DNA from: Candidatus Saccharimonadota bacterium
GTDB lineage: Bacteria; Pseudomonadota; Gammaproteobacteria; Enterobacterales; Enterobacteriaceae
Reading direction: 5' to 3'
Assembly (NCBI RefSeq): GCF_012571795.1
Contig: NZ_CP046222.1
Location: 270,819-302,818 of the forward strand
DNA length: 32,000 bases
Under the pieces are notes generated by a model that was not told the origin of the DNA, searched no databases, and was given only the letters and a program-made list of their open reading frames with translations. The position numbers and the translations under genes are program-made. How positions within the stretch are numbered: the stretch's first letter is position 1; every line of letters begins with the position of its first letter. Shown in pieces: positions 1-8,966 of the stretch.

Positions 1-212
1 TTAAACTTTGAGTATATCGTGAGGTTTTATATAAAAATATTTATGGTCTAATAAGTTATTGATTAATAAATCATAAATTATATTTAAAAACTAAGAAAAT
101 GTTACAATAAATAAATATAATAATTAAATTTTCATAATAATACATATCTCCTATAAAAATAATATATATAAAATATTTTATATAAAAAATTTACAAAAAT
201 AAATATATCTTA

Positions 213-545
213 TTAAGAACAATTTTTATCTAAAAATTGTTTCAACTGTTGTTTATTCATAGAACCTATTATATGATCAATAATTTTACCATTTTTAAAT
301 AAAAAAACTGTTGGTATACTACGAATATTATATTTTTGTGCTATATTTGGATATTTCTCAATATTTAATTTAGTAAAAATGATGTTTGGATATTGTAATT
401 TAGTAGAAATTAAAACTTCAGTAAACATTTTACATGGATTACACCATTCAGCCCAAAAATCTACTAATACAAATACATCTAAATTAATTTTAGATTGAAA
501 TTCTATATCTGTTAAATTAATTAAGGATATCGTATTATTATTCAT
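213..545 (-). CDS. trxA: Thioredoxin (110 aa), active site WCNPC
   Basis: ORF-track frame 213..758 trimmed to the internal ATG at 543-545, giving a normal thioredoxin length. Translation VLVDFWAEWCNPCK...IRSIPTVFLFKNGK shows the thioredoxin fold. The 71 upstream codons are low-complexity with no thioredoxin-like sequence. Confidence 0.9.
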   Translation of the reverse strand: MNNNTISLINLTDIEFQSKINLDVFVLVDFWAEWCNPCKMFTEVLISTKLQYPNIIFTKLNIEKYPNIAQKYNIRSIPTVFLFKNGKIIDHIIGSMNKQQLKQFLDKNCS

Positions 546-713
546 GTAAATTAAAACCTTTATAAAATAAGTATTACGAATTTCTATAATATACAAGAAA
601 TGATACAATTTGTATATATTTTTATTACAAGTTATCAAATTTAACATATATAATTCTATATTATAAATAATAATTTTACAAGTATATTTATATGTTATTT
701 TTATATATTTTTT

Positions 714-742
714 TTGACATAAGAAATAAAAATTAATATAAT
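714..742 (+). promoter_or_regulatory. Candidate sigma-70 promoter for dksA: TTGACA, 17 nt spacer, TATAAT
   Basis: TTGACA at 714-719 and TATAAT at 737-742, read directly. Both hexamers are perfect consensus with optimal spacing, about 100 nt upstream of the dksA ATG. Confidence 0.5.
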
Positions 743-840
743 GCAATGCATATTTCACACATTATATTTTATATATTAATAAATATAATTTAATTATAAA
801 TAATAAAAAAATAAAATTAATTTAATTATGGACATACAGT

Positions 841-1290
841 ATGAAAAAAAACCATATATTATCATCTTTAAATATTTTATCTATTGCTGGTGTATTGCCT
901 TATAAATTAAAACATAATGAAAAATATATGAATCATAAACAAATTTCACATTTTAAAGTGATACTAGAATCATGGTGTAAAAAACTAAAAAATAAAAAAA
1001 ATATAACGATGAATTATATGAAAAATAAAACCATTAATTTCCCTGATTTAATAGATAGAGCAGTACAAGAAGAAGAATTTAATTTAACATTACGTACTCA
1101 AGAAAGAGAACAAAAACTTATTAAACAAATTGAATATACATTAAAAAAAATTAATACTAATGGTTTTGGTTATTGTGATTTATGTGGTATAGAAATAGGC
1201 ATTAAAAGATTAGAAGCGAGTCCAATAGCAAATTTATGTATTGATTGTAAAACTTTATCAGAAATTAGAGAAAAACAAATAATAGAATAA
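841..1290 (+). CDS. dksA: RNA polymerase-binding transcription factor DksA
   Basis: 149 aa. Matches E. coli DksA along its length ([26 protein letters not shown] coiled-coil tip, C-terminal CxxC...CxxC zinc finger GYCDLCG...[15 protein letters not shown]). Confidence 0.95.
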   Translation: MKKNHILSSLNILSIAGVLPYKLKHNEKYMNHKQISHFKVILESWCKKLKNKKNITMNYMKNKTINFPDLIDRAVQEEEFNLTLRTQEREQKLIKQIEYTLKKINTNGFGYCDLCGIEIGIKRLEASPIANLCIDCKTLSEIREKQIIE

Positions 1291-1368
1291 TAAAATATAT
1301 TTAATTAAAAAATTATAAAATAGTAAAATATTAATTATTACCAATTAAATATAAATAAGTTTTAATTT

Positions 1369-2139
1369 TTAAATTTTTAATTTTTGTCTTTTTTGTATTA
1401 TATTCCAACAATAAATATATATTATAAAAATAAACATAATTATTAAAAAAATAGTATTCCATACTGATATATTATGTATACCTAAAAAACTATATCTAAA
1501 TCCAGAAACAATATAAAAAATAGGATTAAAATTTGATAATTTTTGCCAAAAAATTGGTAAAATAGAAGTTGAATAAAAAACTCCACCTAAATATGTTAAT
1601 GGAGTTAGAATAAATGTTGGTATAAAATTAATATCGTCAAAATCTTTTGCAAAAATTGCATTTAATAAACCAGATAAAGAGAATAATATAGAAGTTAATA
1701 ACGAAATTATAATAAGAAAAAACCAAGAATATATTTTAAAAGATATAAATAATGTAGATATTAATAATAAAATTGTACCAATAATTAAACTTCTAAAAAT
1801 ACCTCCTCCTATATATCCTAAAATAATAATATGAGTAGAAACAGGTGCAATTAATAATTCCTCTATATTATGTTGAAATTTTGCACTAAAAAAAGATGAT
1901 GCTACATTAGAATATGAATTATTAATCATACTCATCATAATTAATCCTGGTATAATAAATTGTATATAACTAAACCCATTTAATTTCTCAATATGTGAAC
2001 CCATTAAATTACCAAATATTATAAAATATAAAGTTATAGTCATAATAGGTGGTATTAATGTTTGGATCCAAATACGACGAAAACGATTAATTTCTTTAAT
2101 CCATATTGTTTTTAATGCAATTAAATTTACATTTAACAT
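1369..2139 (-). CDS. yadH: ABC-2 type transporter permease (YadH family)
   Basis: 256 aa polytopic hydrophobic protein. It starts 4 nt downstream of the yadG stop in the same orientation. Length and pairing match E. coli YadG/YadH. Confidence 0.8.
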   Translation of the reverse strand: MLNVNLIALKTIWIKEINRFRRIWIQTLIPPIMTITLYFIIFGNLMGSHIEKLNGFSYIQFIIPGLIMMSMINNSYSNVASSFFSAKFQHNIEELLIAPVSTHIIILGYIGGGIFRSLIIGTILLLISTLFISFKIYSWFFLIIISLLTSILFSLSGLLNAIFAKDFDDINFIPTFILTPLTYLGGVFYSTSILPIFWQKLSNFNPIFYIVSGFRYSFLGIHNISVWNTIFLIIMFIFIIYIYCWNIIQKRQKLKI

Positions 2140-2143
2140 TATT

Positions 2144-3079
2144 TTATTTTATATCCTGATTAATTTTTTTAGTAAAATCCATAAAAAATGTTTCTAATCT
2201 ATTATGTTTATTTTTAATACTAATAATATTAATATTTTGATTAATAAATTGTTTAAATAAATTATTTAAACCTTGTTCCTGCATTACTACAATTTCTAAT
2301 GTATTATTATCAATAAATTTATGTTTATATTCATAAATTTTAGGTTTATTATTATTAATATTATAAAAATTTAATATAAAAATTTCTGATTTTAATTTTT
2401 TAAATAAATGTTTTATAGAACAATTCTCAATCAAAATACCATTATTAATAATACCTATATTACGGCATAAAAATTCAGCTTCTTCTAAATAATGAGTGGT
2501 TAAAATTATAGTAATATTATTTTCTTGATTAATTTTAGTAAAAAAAGACCATAAATAATGTCTTAATTCAATATCAATTCCAGCAGTAGGTTCATCTAAA
2601 ATTAACAATTTAGGATTATGTATTAAAGCACGTACAATCATTAAACAACGTTTCATTCCTCCTGACAATTTTCTAGCTTGTACATGTCTTTTATCCCATA
2701 ATTTTAACATCTTTAAATATTTTTTTATTTTAGTATATGCTATTTTTTGCTGTACACCATAATATCCTGCTTGATACATTAAAATTTGTATTACTGTTTC
2801 AAAAGGATTAAAATTAAATTCTTGCGGTACTAATCCTATTGTTTTTTTTGCTTGAAAATTATTTTTTATAATATCAAAATCAAATACTTTAACTATACCG
2901 GAAGTTTTATCTATTAAAGAACTGATAATACCTATCATAGTAGTTTTTCCAGCACCATTTGGTCCTAATAAAGCATAAAAATCACCTATATTTACATTTA
3001 AACTTAATTGGTTTAATGCTGGATATTTATTTATATAAATTTTAGTTAAATCTATTATTTCTAATGCATAACCTACCAT
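2144..3079 (-). CDS. yadG: ABC transporter ATP-binding protein (YadG family)
   Basis: 311 aa. Walker A GPNGAGKTT, signature LSGGMKR, Walker B LLILDEPTAG. Long colinear similarity to E. coli YadG (GLVPQEFNFNPFETV, TTHYLEEAE, CRNIGII). Confidence 0.9.
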   Translation of the reverse strand: MVGYALEIIDLTKIYINKYPALNQLSLNVNIGDFYALLGPNGAGKTTMIGIISSLIDKTSGIVKVFDFDIIKNNFQAKKTIGLVPQEFNFNPFETVIQILMYQAGYYGVQQKIAYTKIKKYLKMLKLWDKRHVQARKLSGGMKRCLMIVRALIHNPKLLILDEPTAGIDIELRHYLWSFFTKINQENNITIILTTHYLEEAEFLCRNIGIINNGILIENCSIKHLFKKLKSEIFILNFYNINNNKPKIYEYKHKFIDNNTLEIVVMQEQGLNNLFKQFINQNINIISIKNKHNRLETFFMDFTKKINQDIK

Positions 3080-3130
3080 ATTTTATCTCTATAAAAAAAC
3101 AAATAATAAAATTATTAAAAAATATTTCTA

Positions 3131-3178
3131 GATATTAATAAAAAATATACTTTATATTATTAATAATATAAAGTATAT
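3131..3178 (-). terminator. Candidate intrinsic terminator after sodA: 34-bp perfect palindrome plus U-tract
   Basis: 3145-3178 atatactttatattattaataatataaagtatat is a perfect inverted repeat (17-nt arms), 10 nt past the sodA stop. On the minus strand it is followed by TTTTTATTAATATC. Confidence 0.5.
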
Positions 3179-3188
3179 CATATAAAAT

Positions 3189-3815
3189 TTAATTTTTATT
3201 TAAAAATAATTCTGTTACTTTATCCCAATTTAAAACATTCCAAAATGATTGAATATATAAATTTTTTTGATTTTGATACTTTAAATAATAAGCATGTTCC
3301 CATAAATCTAATCCTATTAAAGGATAACTACCTATAAAATTATTTGTTTTAATATGCATTAAAGGATTATACTGATTAATAGTAGTAGTAATTTTTAATT
3401 TATTATTTATAGAAACTAACCAAATCCAACCAGAACCAAAAAAATTTAAAGCTTTTTGTTCAAATTCTTGTTTAAAATTATCTATACTACCAAAATGATG
3501 TGTTAAAATTTCAGATATAATATTATTAGGGGTAATATTTTTTTTTAAAATTGTCCAAAAAAAACTATGATTAGCATGTCCTCCTGCATTATTATATAGT
3601 GATATTTTTTGTTGTTCTGTTAATGAAAAATTATTAATTTTAGATAATAAAGTATTAATATTTATATCTTTTATATTATTTTGCTTTAATATTATATTAG
3701 TATTATTAATATAATTTTGATGATGTTTAGTATGATGTATAAACATAGTTTGCTCATCAAAAAAAGGTTCTAAAGCATTATAATCATATGATAATAATGG
3801 TAATTTATAAACCAT
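3189..3815 (-). CDS. sodA: Superoxide dismutase, Mn type
   Basis: 208 aa. N-terminus YKLPLLSYDYNALEPFFDEQTMFIHHTKHHQNY, Mn-type motif NNAGGHANHSFFW, and DLWEHAYYLKYQN. Confidence 0.95.
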   Translation of the reverse strand: MVYKLPLLSYDYNALEPFFDEQTMFIHHTKHHQNYINNTNIILKQNNIKDININTLLSKINNFSLTEQQKISLYNNAGGHANHSFFWTILKKNITPNNIISEILTHHFGSIDNFKQEFEQKALNFFGSGWIWLVSINNKLKITTTINQYNPLMHIKTNNFIGSYPLIGLDLWEHAYYLKYQNQKNLYIQSFWNVLNWDKVTELFLNKN

Positions 3816-3869
3816 CTTTAAATCTCCTATTGCAAATACAACATATTATATTTAATATAATAAAATTAT

Positions 3870-4694
3870 CTATATAATTTTATTTTGTAAATATTGAATA
3901 ACATTGTTTGTATTTGGTTTTATACCATACCATAATTTAAAAGAATAAGCTGCTTGTTCTACTAACATACCTATTCCATTAAATAAATTATTTGTACCAT
4001 TGTTATAACACCATTTTAAAAAAGGAGTCAATTTTTTACTATAAAAAATATCATAACAAAAAATTTTAGGATGAATAATATTATTAGGAAGTTCTAATAT
4101 TGTATGATTCATACTACTAGATGTGGCATTAATTATTAAATCATATTTATGATATATAATATTAGTTTTTTGAAAATCTTGTAGAGATATACAATGTAAT
4201 TGTGGAATATTTTTAAAAAATAATATAATATTTTGTGCATTTATAAATGTACGATTTACAATTGTAATATTACAATTTAAATCTTTTAAAAAACTTATAA
4301 TACCCTTTGCTGCACCTCCAGCACCTAATATAAGTATATTTTTATGATAAAAAGTAAATTTTTTTTTTAAATCATTAAAAAATCCAATACCATCAGTATT
4401 ATCACCTAAGATTTTTTTATTAACTACTTTTGTAGTATTAACTACACCACTATTTTTAGCTCTAACAGTTAACATATTACATATTTTATATGCCTCTTCT
4501 TTAAATGGTATTGTAATATTAGCTCCATATCCTCCATCTTTAAAAAAATCTAATAATTTTTTGTTAAAATAATTTAATGGTACATATATTTTAATATATT
4601 CTTGTTTTACGCCTATTTGTTCAGAAAATAATTTATGTATTAATGGCGATTTACTGTGTGCAATAGGATTGCCTAATACTGCGAATTTTCTCAT
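3870..4694 (-). CDS. aroE: Shikimate 5-dehydrogenase
   Basis: 274 aa. FAVLGNPIAHSKSPLIH N-terminus, NITIPFKE, GDNTDG, and NADP-binding GAGGAAKG. Confidence 0.9.
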   Translation of the reverse strand: MRKFAVLGNPIAHSKSPLIHKLFSEQIGVKQEYIKIYVPLNYFNKKLLDFFKDGGYGANITIPFKEEAYKICNMLTVRAKNSGVVNTTKVVNKKILGDNTDGIGFFNDLKKKFTFYHKNILILGAGGAAKGIISFLKDLNCNITIVNRTFINAQNIILFFKNIPQLHCISLQDFQKTNIIYHKYDLIINATSSSMNHTILELPNNIIHPKIFCYDIFYSKKLTPFLKWCYNNGTNNLFNGIGMLVEQAAYSFKLWYGIKPNTNNVIQYLQNKII

Positions 4695-4698
4695 GTTA

Positions 4699-5247
4699 TT
4701 AACCTTTTCGAATAATTTGATTTGTTAAACTATGTTTAATTTCTGATGGGTTATAACCTCCTACATTTCCTTTAATAATAAATATTTTAGTTTTAAATAC
4801 ATCAAAAACTTCTTTAGCAGTTAAACATGGTTTATGACCACTAATATTAGCACTAGTAGATATAATAGGCTTACCAAAAGCATTACATATTTGTTTTATT
4901 AAATAAAAATTAGTTACACGTACTGCAATAGTTTGAAATTGTCCAGTTAACCATTTTGGTGTATATAATGAAGTAGGTATAGTCCAAGTTAACATTCCCG
5001 GCCATGTGGATAATATATATTGTTTTTGTTTTATTGATAAAATATCAATATTAATATATTTTAATAATTGTTGATAATTTCCTGTAACTAAAATTAATCC
5101 TTTATTTACACTACGTTGTTTTATAGATAAAAGTTTATATACAGCCTTTTTATTATCTGGATCACATCCTAAACCAAATACAGATTCTGTAGGATAAGCA
5201 ATAATTTCTCCTAATTGTAATACTCGTATAAAACAATTTATATTCAT
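4699..5247 (-). CDS. tsaC: Threonylcarbamoyl-AMP synthase (YrdC/TsaC)
   Basis: 182 aa. IIAYPTESVFGLGCDPDN, KQRSVNKGLILV, KPIISTSANISG, and C-terminal NPSEI..LTNQIIRKG match E. coli TsaC. Confidence 0.9.
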   Translation of the reverse strand: MNINCFIRVLQLGEIIAYPTESVFGLGCDPDNKKAVYKLLSIKQRSVNKGLILVTGNYQQLLKYINIDILSIKQKQYILSTWPGMLTWTIPTSLYTPKWLTGQFQTIAVRVTNFYLIKQICNAFGKPIISTSANISGHKPCLTAKEVFDVFKTKIFIIKGNVGGYNPSEIKHSLTNQIIRKG

Positions 5248-5263
5248 AATTTAATAAAAAAAA

Positions 5264-5292
5264 TTGATAAAATTATAAATGAATAATATAAT
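5264..5292 (+). promoter_or_regulatory. Candidate sigma-70 promoter for def-fmt: TTGATA, 17 nt spacer, TATAAT
   Basis: TTGATA at 5264-5269 and TATAAT at 5287-5292, 11 of 12 consensus positions with a 17-nt spacer, about 100 nt upstream of the def ATG. Confidence 0.4.
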
Positions 5293-5393
5293 ATTAAAAT
5301 ATTTCCATTATGTATTAAATAAAATTCATCATAATTTTTAATAAAAATACATAATAATTATTTTATATAAATATAAAAATTATTAAATTAATA

Positions 5394-5885
5394 ATGAAAT
5401 TAATATATTTTCCAAATAATCAGTTACGTGTACATGCAAAAATTATCAATAATATTGATAAAAAAATTCATTATTTAAGCCAAAAAATGTTAGATATTAT
5501 GTATAAAGAAGGAGGTATTGGTTTAGCTGCCACGCAAATAGGAATTCATAAACGTATTATAGTAACAGATATTTCATTAAAACAAAATAAACCATGTGTA
5601 TATATTAATCCCGAAATTATATCATATACATCAAATAAAATAAATAGTTTAGAAGGATGTTTATCTATACCTAAACAAAGATATTATGTTTTAAGACATA
5701 AAAAAATTAAAATAAGTGCATTTAATTTACAAAATAAAAAAATCGAAATAGAACTAGAAAATTTATTATCCTGTTGTATACAACATGAAATTGATCATTT
5801 AAATGGTATTTTATTTATTGATTATTTATCGAATATAAAATATCAACGTATTTATGATAAATTAAATAAAATTTTAAATAAATAA
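5394..5885 (+). CDS. def: Peptide deformylase
   Basis: 163 aa with all three deformylase motifs: GIGLAATQ, EGCLS, HEIDHLNG. Confidence 0.95.
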   Translation: MKLIYFPNNQLRVHAKIINNIDKKIHYLSQKMLDIMYKEGGIGLAATQIGIHKRIIVTDISLKQNKPCVYINPEIISYTSNKINSLEGCLSIPKQRYYVLRHKKIKISAFNLQNKKIEIELENLLSCCIQHEIDHLNGILFIDYLSNIKYQRIYDKLNKILNK

Positions 5886-5904
5886 CAGTTAAATATAAAA
5901 TATA

Positions 5905-6867
5905 ATGAATATTATCTTTATGGGGACATCTTTATTTGCATCGATACATTTAACAGGTATTATAAAACAATATAAAATATCTTGTATTATAACCAAACCT
6001 GATACTTATGCTCATAGAGGACATAAATTAACTATAAATCCAGTAAAAAAAATAGCATTAAAATATAAAATAGATATATTACAACCATTAGATCCAAATA
6101 ATATTAAATTTATAAATTATATTAAAAAATATAAATGTGATATTATTATTGTGGTAGATTATGGTATTATAATTTCGCAACATATATTAAATATTCCTAA
6201 TATATTTTGTGTTAATATACATGCATCATTATTACCACGTTGGCGCGGAGCTGCTCCCATACAAAGAGCATTATTAGCTAATGATAATAAAACAGGAATT
6301 AGTATCATTAAAATGGATGAATTATTAGATCATGGAGATATTATTTATCAAGTAGAATATAAGATTAAAAGTTATGACACATATGGTACATTATTTAATA
6401 ATTTATCTAAATTAGGGTTACAAGGTATTTTATATATATTAAAAAAAATTTATAGAAAACATAAAATAAATATATTTAAACAAAATACAAAAAATGTTAT
6501 TCCTACTTATGCAAATAAAATACATAAATCAGAATGTGAAATTAATTGGTTATTACCAGCACAAAATATATTATGTATGATACGTGCTTTTAATCCCTAT
6601 CCTGGAGCATATTTTATAGCTTATAATGAAAGATATAAAATATATGATGCAGAATATTATGATTCTGATAATAATATACCAGGAATGATATTATCCATAC
6701 AAAAAAATGGAATACAAATTAATACCATTAATGGTATTATAAATATTAAAATTATTCAACCATGTAATAAAAGAATTATGGACATAACTAATTTTTTAAA
6801 TTTTATTAAAAATAAAAATATTTTTATAAAAGGTGATATATTAAAACATAGTTCATTATGTCTATAA
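5905..6867 (+). CDS. fmt: Methionyl-tRNA formyltransferase
   Basis: 320 aa. IIFMGT N-terminus and NIHASLLPRWRGAAPIQRAL catalytic motif. Lies directly downstream of def, as in enterobacteria. Confidence 0.95.
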   Translation: MNIIFMGTSLFASIHLTGIIKQYKISCIITKPDTYAHRGHKLTINPVKKIALKYKIDILQPLDPNNIKFINYIKKYKCDIIIVVDYGIIISQHILNIPNIFCVNIHASLLPRWRGAAPIQRALLANDNKTGISIIKMDELLDHGDIIYQVEYKIKSYDTYGTLFNNLSKLGLQGILYILKKIYRKHKINIFKQNTKNVIPTYANKIHKSECEINWLLPAQNILCMIRAFNPYPGAYFIAYNERYKIYDAEYYDSDNNIPGMILSIQKNGIQINTINGIINIKIIQPCNKRIMDITNFLNFIKNKNIFIKGDILKHSSLCL

Positions 6868-6879
6868 ATAATAGACCAT

Positions 6880-7245
6880 TTATTTATTTATTCTTTCTAA
6901 TAATTCTATATAAGCTATAGGAGCTTTATCACCATTTCTAAATCCACACTTCACAATACGAGTATAACCACCAGGTCTATTTTTAAATTTTGGGGCTAAA
7001 ACATTAAATAATTTTATAACATTTTTTTTATTATTAATTTTAGAACGAATAAATCTTTTATTAGCAATAGAATTAATTTTTGCTTTAGTAATTAACGGTT
7101 CTATTATCCTTCTAAGTTCTTTAGCCCTAGCTAAAGTTATTTTAATAATTTCTTTATCAATTAAAGAATTAATTAAATTATATAACATAGAATGACGGTG
7201 ACTGTGATTCATATTAAAATAACGACCAGTTTTACAATGACGCAT
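6880..7245 (-). CDS. rplQ: 50S ribosomal protein L17
   Basis: 121 aa. MRHCKTGR..., GGYTRIVKCGFRNGDKAPIAYIEL. Confidence 0.95.
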   Translation of the reverse strand: MRHCKTGRYFNMNHSHRHSMLYNLINSLIDKEIIKITLARAKELRRIIEPLITKAKINSIANKRFIRSKINNKKNVIKLFNVLAPKFKNRPGGYTRIVKCGFRNGDKAPIAYIELLERINK

Positions 7246-7268
7246 ATTTATTCCTTTTATAAAAAATT

Positions 7269-8285
7269 TTAATTTTCTTTTTTTGAATCTATATTTTTAT
7301 TAACAGATAACCAATTTTCTAATCTCATACCTAATGTTAATCCTCTAGTAGCCAATACATCTTTAATTTCTGTTAAAGATTTTTTTCCTAAATTAGGTGT
7401 TTTTAACAATTCTACTTCTGTGCGTTGTACTAAATCCCCAATTAATTGTATAGATTCTGCTTTTAAGCAATTTGCAGAACGTACTGTTAATTCTAAATCA
7501 TCTACAGAACGTAATAAAACAGGATCAAATACAGGTTTTTCTTCTTTAATTTCGGGTTGTTGTATATCACTTAAATTAACAAAAGCTTTTAGTTGTTCAG
7601 ATAAAATAGTAGCAGCTCTTCTAATAGCTTCTTCAGGATCTATAGTACCATTAGTTTCCATTTCAATAATTAATTTATCTAAATCAGTTCTTTGCTTAAC
7701 TCTTGAAGATTCTACATGATAAATTACTCGTTCAATAGGACTATAAGATGCATCAATAAATAATACTCCAATAGGATTATTTATATTTAATGATTTATCT
7801 TGTATTTTTGTATGAGCTGCTGTATATCCTCTTCCTTGTTCTACTTTTATTTTCATTTTAATATTAGTATTATTATCAGTAATATTACAAATAATATGAT
7901 CAGGATTAATAATTTCTACATCATTATTATGTATAATATCAGCAGTTTTGACAACACCAATACCAGATTTATCTAAATATAATATTGCTTCTGTTTTATT
8001 ATCTTTTAATTTTACTGCTAATTGTTTTAAATTTAATAAAATTTCAATAATATCTTCTTTAATACCTTCTTTGGTACTAAATTCATGTAATACTCCTTCA
8101 ATTTCTACCGAAGTAACCGCATATCCTGGCATAGCAGATAATAAAATACGTCTTAATGCATTTCCTAAAGTATGACCAAAACCACGTTCTAAAGGTTCTA
8201 ATATTATTTTTACTGTAGAAGTATTAATATATTTAATATCTACTAAACGTGGTCGTAAAAATTTTGTTATAGAATTATATTGCAT
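7269..8285 (-). CDS. rpoA: DNA-directed RNA polymerase subunit alpha
   Basis: 338 aa. [22 protein letters not shown], and C-terminal domain [14 protein letters not shown]...[19 protein letters not shown]. Confidence 0.97.
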   Translation of the reverse strand: MQYNSITKFLRPRLVDIKYINTSTVKIILEPLERGFGHTLGNALRRILLSAMPGYAVTSVEIEGVLHEFSTKEGIKEDIIEILLNLKQLAVKLKDNKTEAILYLDKSGIGVVKTADIIHNNDVEIINPDHIICNITDNNTNIKMKIKVEQGRGYTAAHTKIQDKSLNINNPIGVLFIDASYSPIERVIYHVESSRVKQRTDLDKLIIEMETNGTIDPEEAIRRAATILSEQLKAFVNLSDIQQPEIKEEKPVFDPVLLRSVDDLELTVRSANCLKAESIQLIGDLVQRTEVELLKTPNLGKKSLTEIKDVLATRGLTLGMRLENWLSVNKNIDSKKEN

Positions 8286-8311
8286 TTTTATTCTCTCTAT
8301 TTTATATATAA

Positions 8312-8932
8312 TTATTTTGAATATAATTCAACTATTAAATGTTCATTAATATCTGGTGATAAATCAGAACGTTCAGGTAATTTTTTAAATATACCAGTTT
8401 TTTTTATAGTATCTATATCTAACCAAGATGGTTTTTCAGATTTTTTTGCTAAATCAATAGCAGCAATAATTCTTAATTGTTTCTGAGCCTTGTCAGTAAT
8501 AGAAATAATATCTTTTACATTAACCTTATAAGATGCAATATTAACTATTCTATGATTAACTTTAATAGATTTATGTGAAATTAATTGTTTAGCTTCTGCT
8601 CTTGTAACACTAAATCCCATTCTATAAACTATATTATCTAATCTTTGTTCTAATAAACAAAGTAAATTATATCCTGTATTACCTTTCATACGTAAAGCTG
8701 TTTTATAATAATTATGAAATTGTTTTTCTAAAACACCATATATCCTACGTACTTTTTGTTTTTCCCTTAATTGTATACCATAATCAGATAATCGGGGTTT
8801 TTTCATACCATGTTGTCCTGGTATTTGTTCTAATTTACATTTAGAATTAATATCACGTACATTAGATTTTAAAAATAAATCTGTTCCCTCTCTTCTACTT
8901 AATTTTAATTTAGGACCTAAATATTTTGCCAT
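8312..8932 (-). CDS. rpsD: 30S ribosomal protein S4
   Basis: 206 aa. [23 protein letters not shown] is nearly identical to E. coli S4. Confidence 0.97.
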   Translation of the reverse strand: MAKYLGPKLKLSRREGTDLFLKSNVRDINSKCKLEQIPGQHGMKKPRLSDYGIQLREKQKVRRIYGVLEKQFHNYYKTALRMKGNTGYNLLCLLEQRLDNIVYRMGFSVTRAEAKQLISHKSIKVNHRIVNIASYKVNVKDIISITDKAQKQLRIIAAIDLAKKSEKPSWLDIDTIKKTGIFKKLPERSDLSPDINEHLIVELYSK

Positions 8933-8966
8933 TATATGTTCTTCTCTTTAGTATAATTAAATATAT

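Noticed and set aside
1-51. A plus-strand frame open from base 1 to a TAA at 49-51 (..LNFEYIVRFYIKIFMV), a possible 3' end of a gene lying left of the window.
   Set aside because: Only 16 codons are visible and they carry no recognisable motif, so this cannot be supported. I also looked for rho, the E. coli downstream neighbour of trxA, on the minus strand at 1-212. Every ATG there hits a stop within 25 codons.
165-184. 20-bp all-A/T perfect palindrome (tatataaaatattttatata) 28 nt downstream of the trxA stop. A similar 21-bp one lies at 20702-20722.
   Set aside because: Arms of 10 nt made only of A/T are expected by chance at about this frequency in spacers of this composition (roughly 0.5^10 per centre). 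The stems would be very weak. I do not count them as terminators or repeat elements without folding or expression data.
546-758. The N-terminal 71 codons of the 181-aa ORF-track entry that covers trxA.
   Set aside because: The sequence is low-complexity I/Y/K/N with no thioredoxin-like sequence. The internal ATG at 543-545 gives the canonical length of about 110 aa. The extension would also swallow the divergent promoter region shared with dksA.
1343-1367. A 7-bp A/T stem (aattaaa/tttaatt) followed by a T-run between the dksA and yadH ends. A 5-bp stem at 28837-28852 after rpsA. An 8-bp stem at about 21365-21384 after ruvX.
   Set aside because: All three are too short and A/U-rich to distinguish from background, so they are not reported as features.
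7420-8486. Plus-strand ORFs 7420-7719, 7948-8175 and 8280-8486, antisense to rpoA and rpsD.
   Set aside because: They lie entirely within, or opposite, strongly conserved minus-strand genes, and their products are serine/leucine/isoleucine-rich with no recognisable motifs. They are shadow ORFs.
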